Assembly (NCBI GenBank): GCA_965224085.1
Contig: CBDCYI010000004.1
Location: 1,312,001-1,376,000, forward strand
DNA length: 64,000 nt
Origin: Candidatus Marinacidobacterales bacterium
GTDB taxonomy: Bacteria; Acidobacteriota; Vicinamibacteria; Marinacidobacterales; SMYC01
Direction: 5' to 3'
Under the pieces are notes generated by a model, which had not been told where the DNA came from, did no database searches, and was given only the letters and a program-made list of their open reading frames with translations. The translations under genes and the position numbers were made by a program. Position 1 is the stretch's first letter; every line of letters starts with the position of its first letter. Of the stretch, positions 38,950-48,697 are shown one piece after another.

Positions 38950-40152
38950 ATGAAGTCGTCCCGTTGAACCGTACTGAAGATGAGCCCCGGGTTTGCTGCC
39001 TTGGCATGGACGAAGCCTTCGCTAGCCGTGACGGAGTCCACCGAAAACGACTCACCCTTCGACCCCTGGGTCGAGCTTCACGTGGGCAACGTCCGCCACA
39101 ACGTTGGCGCCATCCGTCACAGGGTCGAGGGTCGTCCCATCCTCGCGGTGATCAAGAACAATGGCTAAGGAACCGGGGTGGCGGAGATCGGGAGCACTCT
39201 CGAGCCGCTCGAAGAGATCGCTGGACTGGCGGTCGTGAAGCTCCAAGAAGCGATGACCCTCAGAGACCGCGGCATTCGGAAGCCTGTCCTCCTCATGGGT
39301 CCCTATGATGAGAACGAGCTCGAGTTGGCGGCGGCCCACGACATCATGCCGATGGTCTATAGACCGATTGGCGACGAGCTCGATCGAGTCGCCGCCAAGC
39401 TGCAGAGGAAAGTCCCCATCCACATCTGTGTGGACACCGGCATGGGCCGGGTCGGGGCGCCCTATCGGGAGGCGGCTCCTTTGGTTCGCGACCTCGCAAG
39501 CCGATCGTCGATCGACATCGAGGGGATCATGATGACCTTTGCCGAGGTCGCCGAGTTCGATACGGTGCAGCACCGTCGTTTCCGCGAGCTTTGCGGCTCA
39601 CTAAAGTCCGAGGGCGCCCGACTCGGCCGCATGCACGCGGCTTCGAGTTTCGGTCTCTTCGAGAACTCTGACAGCTTCCTCGACATGGTGCGACCGGGCA
39701 TGGCTATTTTCGGCGTCTACTCCGAGGCGCATTTTCGGGAGATGGGGCTCGTCGATTTGCGGCCGGCGATGGCCCTGCGCGCCCGCGTGATTTATGTGAA
39801 GAAGCTCTCGAAAGGCGACAGCGTCGGGTACGGTCGCGCCTTCAAGGCGGAGCATGACGTCTGGGTCGCGACGCTACCGGTTGGACATGTCGACGGGTGG
39901 CCGCGCGCCGCGGCGAAAGGGGCTTCGGTCCGAATTGGGGGGAAACACTACCCCGTCATCGGTGCGGTGTCGGCGAGTCACACGATCGTCGAACTAGGAG
40001 CGGAGCCGTCCGTCTCCATCGGAGACGTGGCAACTTTCTTCGATTCGGAAACGGGCTCGCGTCCGGAAGACGTGGCGGCCGCCACGGGAACTTCCGTCTA
40101 CAATCTCGCCATGCACCTCAACCCGCTCCTTCCCAGGCGGACGGCCGGATAG
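38950..40152 (+). pseudogene. alr: Alanine racemase-family enzyme with a Tat-like signal and two nonsense mutations
   Basis: MKSSR*TVLK (TGA 38965); AVIKNNG*G (TAA 39166, Tyr expected, next to the PLP Lys); VDTGMGRVG, VRPG, VGYG. Confidence 0.85.
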
Positions 40153-40277
40153 GGTATGTCAGGGTGTGTCAAGGTGTGTCGCGGCATAGAGCCTGAACTA
40201 CTTGCACCTGCCCTCCTAGAATTGTCTCCAACGAAAAAAAGACCGTCGGCGTGCACGGATTCTTAAGAGAGCAGGCA

Positions 40278-41897
40278 ATGAGCACCGTCGCAACGGAATT
40301 GGTCGACTCACTCAAGGCGCTTGGCGTTCGACATGTCTTCGGTGTGCCAAGTGGCGGCTGGGTCGACTACATGGAAGCCATACGGCAGACAGACGGGATC
40401 GAGTTCGTTCTGACCAGTCATGAGGGCGGCGCATCCTTTATGGCGGATGTCTGCGGACGCCTGACCGGCGTTCCTGGCATATGCTTCGGCACTTTTGGTC
40501 CGGGCGCAACGAATCTGAGCACCGGTGTCGGGGGGGCGCTTCTCGACCGCTCGCCGATGATTGCGTTGACTGACGAGATGCCCGAGAGCCTTCGCGGACG
40601 CACCGTGCAGATGGCCATCGATCATCAAGCTTTGTTCCAGCCACTGACGAAGAAAACTACCTGTCTGAAGCCCGATCGCGTCCGCAGCATAATGTTCGAT
40701 GCGGCGAGGGAGGCTCTTTCGAATCGCCCGGGACCGGTGCATATAGGACTTCCCGTCGGCATGAGCGCCGAGACAGCAAATTCCGAGACACTGGATACTC
40801 CTTCAGCCGCTCCGCATCCGGCGCCTGATGCCGAACTTCTCGAAGAAGCGGCGCGATTGCTGTCGAAAGCACAACGGCCGATTCTAGCCATAGGCCTCGG
40901 CGCAACCAAGGCGGACGTCGGCTCGGAGCTGCTCGCATTCGCGAATCGTCTGCGGATACCGGTTGTGCTCACGCCGATGGCGAAGGGCATGGTGCCCGAA
41001 GACCATCCCTGTTATGCGGGGGTCCTGTTTCATGCGCTTTGCGACCGGGTGGGCGAGACCCATCAACAAGCAGACCTGGTTCTTGCCGTCGGCTATGACC
41101 CGGTCGAGTTCAACTACGAGTCGTGGCTGCCGGCGGCGCCCTTGATAAGCATCGATACCGAACCGGCCGATATCGACCCGCGGTCTTGCGATCTTGCGTG
41201 CGATATCGTCGGTGACATCGAAAAGTCGGTGCACTATCTGGCAGCCGTCAAGGCGGACCCGAAAAGCTGGGATCTCGATGCGCTGCAAGCACGCCGCGAG
41301 TCCGTATTCGCGGCCATGACGCCGCCAAATGAACAACTTGGTCCCTGTGCCACTCTCGATGTCTTGCGCGAGGTGCTCCCGGACGATGGCATCATGACCT
41401 GCGATGTCGGGGCGCACACCCACCTGATTGGTCAGAAATGGCGAACGCCCGCTCCCGGCCTCCAGATCATGACCAACGGCTGGTCCGCCATGGGCTTCGG
41501 GATTCCATCAGCCATCGCAGCGAAACTGTGTCGACCCGAGAGAGCCGTCTGCACCGTCGTCGGTGATGGCGGATTCCTGATGACCTGCGGCGAGATCGCC
41601 ACCGCGGTGCGCGAGAAACTCAACGTCGTCATTCTGCTGCTTACCGACAACGATCTCGCGCTGGTCAGAATCAAACAGCAGAGGAAGAACAATCCTGTCT
41701 ACGGCACGCCGATTCGGAGCGAAGGTGCTATCGGCGGCGAGAATATTCTTGGTGCGCCGGTGCGCCAGGCACGAGATGCCGTGGAGCTCGGTACCGCCCT
41801 CGAGAACGCATTCGCGCAGGACGGCCCGGTTATCGTCGAGGTAATCGTCAACAGCCGCGAGTATGACGACCTCGTGCTGAAAAAAAACAAGGCCTAG
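40278..41897 (+). CDS. Thiamine pyrophosphate-binding enzyme (acetolactate synthase large subunit-like)
   Basis: VFGVP, HEGGASFMA, GPGATN, PGPVHI, MGFGIP, GDGGFLM. Confidence 0.9.
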   Translation: MSTVATELVDSLKALGVRHVFGVPSGGWVDYMEAIRQTDGIEFVLTSHEGGASFMADVCGRLTGVPGICFGTFGPGATNLSTGVGGALLDRSPMIALTDEMPESLRGRTVQMAIDHQALFQPLTKKTTCLKPDRVRSIMFDAAREALSNRPGPVHIGLPVGMSAETANSETLDTPSAAPHPAPDAELLEEAARLLSKAQRPILAIGLGATKADVGSELLAFANRLRIPVVLTPMAKGMVPEDHPCYAGVLFHALCDRVGETHQQADLVLAVGYDPVEFNYESWLPAAPLISIDTEPADIDPRSCDLACDIVGDIEKSVHYLAAVKADPKSWDLDALQARRESVFAAMTPPNEQLGPCATLDVLREVLPDDGIMTCDVGAHTHLIGQKWRTPAPGLQIMTNGWSAMGFGIPSAIAAKLCRPERAVCTVVGDGGFLMTCGEIATAVREKLNVVILLLTDNDLALVRIKQQRKNNPVYGTPIRSEGAIGGENILGAPVRQARDAVELGTALENAFAQDGPVIVEVIVNSREYDDLVLKKNKA

Positions 41898-42033
41898 TCT
41901 TGACTCACCTGGCAGTACCCGTCTGGTCAAAATACTCGAACGCCCGGCGGTCAGCAGTTTGCACCTTCCGAAAGGCGGCTTGAACCCGCCATCGCGGTCG
42001 GATACGTATTCCAGTTCACCGGAAGGAGTGACG

Positions 42034-42387
42034 ATGGACTGGAAGACCATGCTGGCGTACATCACCGGGGCGGTCGACGAAGAGCTGCTGCTGCGCAACG
42101 AGTATCTTGTGGCCGAGAATCGAGTTCTTCGAAATCAGATCCAGGGTCGCTTCCGCCTGACCGATGGCGAACGGCGGTCTCTGGCCGAGCTCGGAAAGCG
42201 TCTGGGTAAGCAAGCCCTTGACCAGATCGCGAGTTTCGTGAAACCCGACACGATTCTGGGTTGGCACCGGAGGCTTGTGGCGAAGAAGTTCGACGGCTCC
42301 AAGAACCGTCAGTATCCAGGGCGACCGCGGGTCGGCGCCGACATCGAAGAGCTGGTGGTGCGTCTCGCCAAGGAGAACAAGTCTTGA
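42034..42387 (+). pseudogene. 5' fragment of an integrase-core/transposase gene interrupted by the IS91 element
   Basis: NEYLVAENRVLR, VKPDTILGWHRRL, PGRPR, RLAKENKS, cut at TTGAACTAAG. Confidence 0.75.
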
Positions 42388-42556
42388 ACTAAGCCGCTCG
42401 CGCGGCGGCGGGACCTGCAAGCTCTCCCGAACTGGTGAGCCAAACTCCGGACAACGAGTCCTGCGTTTCTCGGAACCGCTCTCTCACACATGGCATCATC
42501 CCTGTCCCCCGCGGGCGGCGATGGTCGTCGTCTGCTAAATCACTGGAGGAATAATC

Positions 42557-43417
42557 ATGGGATGCCTTAGCGAAAAAATGCTTGCCGACATGAAACTGAA
42601 GGGGTTCGCACGCTCCACGCAGGAGGAGTATCTGCTGCGAGCGCGCCATTTCGCGGCACATTACATGCGCTCACCCGCCGAGATGGGCGAGCCGGAGACC
42701 CGCGATTATCTGATTCATCTCGTTAACGAGAAGAAGGCCTCTCCGGCCAGCCACCACATGTACGTCGCCTCTCTCAAGTTTCTCTACGCAACCACACTCA
42801 ACCGCCCGGAGGAGGTGGCGAAGATTCCTTGGCCCAAGAAACCTCGCACGTTACCCGATATCTTGAGCGGCGAGGAGGTCGATTGTTTGCTTCACTCCGT
42901 TAACTCCGTCAAACACCGCGCGATTCTCATGAGCGCCTACGGCGCCGGGCTGCGCGTTTCCGAGGTGTGCTGTCTGAAGCACTCCGACATCGACTCCAAA
43001 CGCATGCTCTTGCACATTCGTCACGCCAAGAACTCCAAGGCCCGCTATGTCACGCTCAGCGAACGTTTGTTGAGCTTCCTGCGCTACTACTGGAAAACCA
43101 CTCGCCCTCGCGGAGAGTACTTGTTTCCCGGCCGTAATCCTGGTGCCCACATCTCAGACGATGGCGTTCGCTGGGCTCTTCGTAAGGCCGTGGCTGAGGC
43201 GGGGCTCACCAAACGTATCACTCCTCATTCGCTGCGCCACGGTTTTGCCACACATATGCTCGAACTGGGTGAAGACATTCGTACCGTGCAGCAACTGCTC
43301 GGTCATGCCTCCATCCAGACCACGGCCCGTTACACAAAGGTAACAGCAAAGCACTTGGGGCGCATCAAGAGCCCTCTCGATTTGCTGGGAACGAAGAAGG
43401 GCAAAAAGCTCGGCTAG
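42557..43417 (+). CDS. Tyrosine recombinase/integrase
   Basis: YGAGLRVSE (Arg), AKNSK, HSLRH, LLGH, TTARY (Tyr); GGAGG RBS. Confidence 0.94.
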   Translation: MGCLSEKMLADMKLKGFARSTQEEYLLRARHFAAHYMRSPAEMGEPETRDYLIHLVNEKKASPASHHMYVASLKFLYATTLNRPEEVAKIPWPKKPRTLPDILSGEEVDCLLHSVNSVKHRAILMSAYGAGLRVSEVCCLKHSDIDSKRMLLHIRHAKNSKARYVTLSERLLSFLRYYWKTTRPRGEYLFPGRNPGAHISDDGVRWALRKAVAEAGLTKRITPHSLRHGFATHMLELGEDIRTVQQLLGHASIQTTARYTKVTAKHLGRIKSPLDLLGTKKGKKLG

Positions 43418-43423
43418 CTCATC

Positions 43424-43592
43424 ATGCAGCCCCATGGGCTGTGTCCTTCCCGCGTCGAGTCACCACCACGGCCACTGCTCGAGATCGCGGAAATCTTCCG
43501 CGAACATGGTCCACGCTTTCGCCAAACCCATGCGCTGACAGCCGAGCAGCGCAAGGTGATGTGGGCTATAGAGAACTGTCGCACGGCGGTGC
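43424..43592 (+). pseudogene. Truncated IS91 transposase
   Basis: First 56 codons match the 34979-36226 product. Confidence 0.88.
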
Positions 43593-43855
43593 CTTGGTGC
43601 ACAACTCCGATAGAGGCCGAGAGCTCGCTTGGCCCCGACTCCCATCATCCGATCATCTCGCTATCAGACATCCCGAGCGCCGTCATGGTGTTGAGAATCT
43701 TGCACCCGATCCTTGCCTCGACTCTCTGTGCCGCCAACCCTCTCGCTCGCATCGCTGAGCCCACGATAGCCTTGTAGCGATGGAACGTTGTCTCGACTTT
43801 GCTCCGTTTGCTGTAGCCCGATTCTGTGTGCCACTTTCGTTTGCCGAGCCGAGCT
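43591..43855 (-). mobile_element. 3' remnant of an IS5-family (IS903-like) element with its terminus
   Basis: KWHTESGYSKRSKVETTFHRYK...KILNTMTALG*; end GCCTTGGTGCAC coincides with the IS91 truncation point. Confidence 0.75.
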
Positions 43856-44597
43856 TGTGCTGCAATGTATAGAAAATGACGAATATTGGGACGATCTAAT
43901 AAGAAATTGGCAATAGATGTCAATTACAAAACACGGGCGGACGGTAAAATAGGGCCGCATGACGGAACATTCTGATACGAATATCAACGACACGGCTGTC
44001 GAGCGTCACTGGTTCAGCGGCGAAGCCGGAGATCTGCTGACCCGGATCGACAACGGGCTGAAGAAGGCTGGGAAATCTCTCTCCCGCCTCACAGCGGAGG
44101 ATGTGCTTGCGTTTGATGAGTTTCACATTCGCGGCCGCGAAGCGACCGTCGAGCTGTCCCGCCTCGCCAAGATCCAGACCTCTCACGAGGTCATAGACAT
44201 CGGGTCCGGGTTGGGCGGTCCATCGCGTTTTATAGCATCTAGCATCGGCTGCAGGGTTACCGGCATCGATCTCACAGCGGAATATTGTCAGGTTGCGCAG
44301 GTCCTGGCTGATCGAATGGGACTCGAGGAGCGCGTTCATTACCGCCAAGGCAGTGCATTGGAATTGCCATTTCCGGATGCGTCCTTCGATATCGCCTGGA
44401 CTCAGCATATTTCCATGAACATCCAGGATAAGTCCGCGATGTTCTCCGAGATGTACCGGGTGTTGAAACCGGGTGGGCGCGCTGCCATCTACGATCCCAT
44501 TGCCGGTTCCGGAGAACCGTTGACCTTTCCAGTCCCATGGTCAAAAGATGGTGCGATCAATTTTCTCATCGATACTCAGGAAACGAAGGAAACGCTG

Positions 44598-45042
44598 GGG
44601 GCTTATATCCATGACTAGACAAGCCCCTATTTGGATTCACGAATCAGAAAAAAGCCCTCATAGATGAGCAAGGAGACCGCAAACGGCACCATAACCAGCC
44701 ACAAGGTCCCGCTCTCCAGTCCATTGCCCGCCATCTTCGCCAGGTAATTGTAGGGTATAAATGAACCAGCGCCCCCACCAGGACCGTCACCTCGAGCCGA
44801 GGCCATTCGGTTTCGCCCCGCATCGAACCGAGGATTTTATCGATGAAAACGAGTACGAGGGCGACGATTGCGAAAGGGTCGATCCAATCGAATATGGGCT
44901 TGGCCGCAGCGGGATTGACGGCGTAGAAGAAGTTGTTGAGCGTCAAAACGAAAGCTACGATGAGCATGAAGCATCCTTTTAGTGACCGCATATTTCATCT
45001 TCTCCTATTCTTCTGTCGTGTCTAGTCATGGATATAAGCCCC
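44598..45042. mobile_element. Non-autonomous mobile insertion cassette (MIC/MITE) with a passenger gene
   Basis: Perfect 24-bp TIR GGGGCTTATATCCATGACTAGACA; 8-bp TSD AAACGCTG at 44590-44597 and 45043-45050; no transposase. Confidence 0.92.
44627..44991 (-). CDS. Passenger small membrane protein (about 4 TM; probable frameshift near 44753)
   Basis: AGGAG RBS; three TM segments; a shifted frame gives NYLAKMAG..LWLVMVPFAVSLLIYEGFFLIRESK*. Confidence 0.6.
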
Positions 45043-45370
45043 AAACGCTGACTGCCGCCGGCTTCACCATAGGAAACTGGCGAGATGTGAGCCAAGCATC
45101 GCTGGCCTGGTTCAAAGACAACGCCCCCCCAGCCGATGCCGAGCCACCCATTCTAGGATTTCATTTGCTGCTCGGCCCGCTATGGCCCACCATGGCTGCC
45201 AACATGGTGGGTAATATCGCCGCGGGTCGGCTTGCGGTGATCCAAACCATCGTTCGAAAACCACAATCTCTAGCTATTTAGACGCGCGCCAGCAGAGCAT
45301 CCACGAGATCGAGCAACGCATCACGGCTAGCCGGCTTTGATCTGATTATTTACAAGAGACGGAGGTAGAC

Positions 45371-47038
45371 ATGAAACGCATGGGTTTCCTTTCAGTTGTC
45401 GTCGTATGGCTCGCATCGGGCTGTGACCCGCCCGCGCAGAGTAGCGGCACAGCCGTTATGAGTGCCGATGGAAAAGCGCTTGGCACCGTCCAGTTCCCGA
45501 CGTCGTGTGACCCGCAAGCTCAGGAGCTACTCGAGCGCGCTCTGGCCCTTCTTCATCACATGACGTATAGACCGGCCGAAATGAGCTTCGCATCTGCGGC
45601 CGAGAACGATCCCGAATGCGCGATCGCCTATTGGGGCATGGCGATGACGTACGTACACCCGCTATGGCCCGACAGCGTGCCAACGGAGCAGCTCACGAGC
45701 GGCCAAGAGCTTCTCGAGCGCGCCCGGGCCGCCGACCATACGAGCGATCGCGAAAGCGCTTACATCGAAGCGCTCGCGGGCTACTACGGTGACGACGCGA
45801 GCCCGCGCGCCGAGCGAGAGCGCCTGGGAGGCTTCCTCGATGGCTGGTCCCGGGTCCACGAGATGTATCCAGACGATCCCGAAGCGGCACTCTTTCACGC
45901 GCTCGCCCAATTGGGGACCGCGGCGGCGTCCGATAAAACCTACGCGAACCAACAATCGGGCGGAAGCATCGTAGCCGAAGTTCTCGCGCAGATACCGTCG
46001 CACCCGGGAGCACATCACTATTTGATTCACGCCTACGACTTCCCGCCGCTCGCACAACGCGCACTCGAGACCGCACGCCACTACGGCGAAGTCGCGCCCG
46101 AGAACTCACACGCGCTTCACATGACGACCCACATCTTCACGCGCCTCGGCCTGTGGCCCGAGTCGATCGAGTTCAACATCCGCGCGGCGAACGCGGCAAG
46201 CGAGCGCATGCCTTCGGGAACGATCTCTTTGCACCACCTCCATGCGATCGACTACCTGGCCTACGCGCATTTGCAACGTGCGGATGACGAAGCGACCCTC
46301 GAAGTGCTTCGTGCGCTTCGCGCGCTCGAGCCGCCGTTTCAGAATCACGCGGGAACGTCCTACACGTTCGCCGCGGTGCCCGCGCGCTACGCGTTGGAAC
46401 GCCACGCGTGGGAGGAAGCCATAGAGGTGGAAGCCCGCTGGCCAGACGACGTGCCTTGGGATCAGTACCCTCACCTCGAAGCTATCTCCCACTTCGCGCG
46501 AGCCATGGGTGCCGCGCGCACCGGCCAACGCGACAAGGCGCAGGCCGCGATCGAATCGCTGGCGCGTTTAGAAAAAGCTGCGGCCTCGCTGGACATCGCG
46601 TATGACTGGGGAATCCAAGTCGCCATCCAGCGCACCGCCGCCGAAGCGTGGTTGGCCTACGAAGGCGGCGACACGGACCGGGGTCTCGAGTTGATGCAAA
46701 AAGCGGCCGAGATGGAAGCGTCGACGGAGAAAAACCCGGTCACGCCGGGCGAAGTACTACCGGCCATGGAGCTCTACGGCGACATGCTTCTCGCCGCGGC
46801 CCGATACGACGAAGCCCGGCAGCAATACGAAGCCGCGCTCACCCGCTCGCCAAATCGCTTCAACAGCTTGTACGGCTCCGGACGTGCCGCCGAGCTCGCT
46901 GGCGATGCGGACGCTGCGGCGTCTTCTTACGCCGCGCTTGTCGAGAGCTGCTTGGAATCCGGGGAGCGCGAAGCGCTCGTTCACGCGCGGGACTACCTCG
47001 AGACAAAAGGACGTGAGAAAAAATTAATATTTGACTAG
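45371..47038 (+). CDS. TPR-repeat lipoprotein with His-rich motifs
   Basis: Lipobox LASGC; HPGAHHYLIH, HALHMTTHIF; C-terminal TPRs. Confidence 0.85.
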   Translation: MKRMGFLSVVVVWLASGCDPPAQSSGTAVMSADGKALGTVQFPTSCDPQAQELLERALALLHHMTYRPAEMSFASAAENDPECAIAYWGMAMTYVHPLWPDSVPTEQLTSGQELLERARAADHTSDRESAYIEALAGYYGDDASPRAERERLGGFLDGWSRVHEMYPDDPEAALFHALAQLGTAAASDKTYANQQSGGSIVAEVLAQIPSHPGAHHYLIHAYDFPPLAQRALETARHYGEVAPENSHALHMTTHIFTRLGLWPESIEFNIRAANAASERMPSGTISLHHLHAIDYLAYAHLQRADDEATLEVLRALRALEPPFQNHAGTSYTFAAVPARYALERHAWEEAIEVEARWPDDVPWDQYPHLEAISHFARAMGAARTGQRDKAQAAIESLARLEKAAASLDIAYDWGIQVAIQRTAAEAWLAYEGGDTDRGLELMQKAAEMEASTEKNPVTPGEVLPAMELYGDMLLAAARYDEARQQYEAALTRSPNRFNSLYGSGRAAELAGDADAAASSYAALVESCLESGEREALVHARDYLETKGREKKLIFD

Positions 47039-47069
47039 TGTTATCGCTATGCTTTAGCGTAAGCCCATC

Positions 47070-47261
47070 ATGGGATACGTGACGAAGCTGCAGGTGATAA
47101 AGCGAGCCAACGATACGCGTCAGTTCTATGTGATTTGCCCGTCGCCTTTGGCGCAGGCGCTGGAGATGGAGCCTGGCGAGGAGCTTGAGTGGGTCGTCGA
47201 GGATCGGAACACACTGATAGTTCGTCGGACGCCGCGGGTGAAGCGTGGTAAACGTGGGTGA
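47070..47261 (+). CDS. Small AbrB/MazE-like DNA-binding protein upstream of a transposase
   Basis: QFYVICPSPLAQALEMEPGEELEW swapped-hairpin pattern. Confidence 0.55.
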   Translation: MGYVTKLQVIKRANDTRQFYVICPSPLAQALEMEPGEELEWVVEDRNTLIVRRTPRVKRGKRG

Positions 47262-47815
47262 GAAGCAAGCATCGCTACCTGGTATGCCGAGTCCGCGAAA
47301 ACGTGGCGATGACGGTGATGAAGGAGCGCGCGCGACACAAGCTCGGTTGAAGGTTGTGGATCGGGCGCAGCTGCTGTTGCGGACGGTGGACGTTGAGCAG
47401 TTGATTCCAGAGGATCACGCAGCGCGAGCGATCTGGGAGTTCGTGGGTCGGCTGGACCTCAGCGGGTATACGGAGCAGGTCCACTCGGTCGAGGGTGGTG
47501 CAGGGCGGCCTGCATTCGATCCGCATCTACTGGTGAGCCTTTGGGTCTACAGCTACAGTCAGTCGGTGAGTTCGGCGCGCGCGATTGAGCGGCTGTGCGA
47601 GCATCACCCGGCGTATCAATGGCTGACGGGAATGCAGAGCATCAGTGCCCATACGCTATCGGACTTTCGGGTGACCCATGCCGAGGCGCTGCACGAATTG
47701 TTTGTACAAACGTTGGGTCTTTTGAGTGCGGACGGATTGATCACGCTCGAGCGAGTCATGCTGGATGGGACGCGGATTCGGGCGAACGCATCGGGGAATA
47801 GTTTCCGCACGAAGG
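47254..47815 (+). pseudogene. IS1182-family transposase, 5' fragment
   Basis: LIPEDH, GRPAFDP, SSARAIER, HTLSDFR, DGTRIRANAS; truncated. Confidence 0.82.
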
Positions 47816-48225
47816 GTCGAGTCCCACGACCGGAAGCTTTCCGCTCTTGAGCGACTGAATAACCTCGTCGGCTTGCCGGACCACGCTGCGCGCCGTGCCC
47901 ATGAGCTTGCGATAACTTTGCTTGAACTTGACTTGGCTCGATTCGGTGAACGACTTGCTGGCGCGGTCGATCTCAAGCTGCCTGTTTTTCGTTGATCGGC
48001 TGTGGTCCACCACCTTGAGCGCACCTTGAGCACAAGCCTTTGCAATACACTTCAGACTACGGGTGAGCACCCGGATGCCATCGGCAAGCAGTGAGCTATC
48101 TGTGGGGTAATGGATGTTGCTCTCCAACTACCGTCGTATCCGTGCGTAACTTGCGTCCCGTAGCCACCTTTTCGTCTCGAGCCTGAGCGACCACACGGGC
48201 ATGGATTTTCTGCACTCCCGCCGGA
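47816..48225 (-). pseudogene. ISNCY/IS5-like transposase internal fragment
   Basis: GRKLRTDTTVV, frameshift, ESNIHYPTDSSLLADGIRVLTR. Confidence 0.75.
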
Positions 48226-48697
48226 TGTTGAATTTGGGGTAGCGGCGGCTCCTTGGCCGGCCTAAGAATAGGTCTGCCAATAAACCGTCTCCAGAGGGGG
48301 ACAAGGAGCCACCAATGCCTAGGAAATCAAAGAAGCCAGTAAAAAAGCAAACGCACTCGCCTACGGGCAAGGTAGTTCCATTGTACAACAGTCACATAAA
48401 CCAACGGTGGACGTTCGGCCCTACAGCTACCAGCCGTCCAAGGCAGAGCTGGAGGCCGACGTGAGCATTCCGACGACTCCCGAACAGCTAGCAGATGCTG
48501 TTCTGCGTCAAGTGACCGTACGCCACAAGAAGGACTAACCTTTCCTGGGGTTAGCTGCGTCACCTTCGCTGGCCCTACGTAACTTTCGTATATAATTCCC
48601 AAAAGGGTTACTACCCAAAAAAGCAGGGTTCGGTCCTCGGCAAGACTCGCTCGGCGGCTAATGATAGCTAGAGTTAGGGGCTAATAGGAGGTCCGCT

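Larger units (their letters stand above)
42384..43592 (+). mobile_element. Integrase+IS91 element, copy B (5' terminus, full integrase, truncated transposase)
   Basis: Begins TTGAACTAAGCCGC; transposase N-terminus matches copy A up to CRTAV. Confidence 0.85.
43959..45281 (+). pseudogene. Class I SAM-dependent methyltransferase split by a 445-bp insertion
   Basis: DEFHIRG, VIDIGSGLGG, LPFPDASFD, RVLKPGG. Joining 44597 to 45051 restores a 289-aa frame (ETL|TAAGF). Confidence 0.88.

Noticed and set aside
360-39168. Genome-wide stop-codon reassignment, suggested by in-frame stops in PAP2 and alr
   Set aside because: Three different stops replace three different residues (TAG/Trp, TGA/Arg, TAA/Tyr), each by a single substitution. 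All three codons terminate intact genes normally.
42557-43417. Integron integrase or prophage
   Set aside because: No IntI-specific insertion, attC array or phage genes; the recombinase is coupled to the IS91 transposase.
48230-48600. Short ORF after an AAGGAG RBS (MPRKSKKPVKK...) or possible ncRNA/IS end
   Set aside because: Too short, with no recognisable motif or supportable structure.
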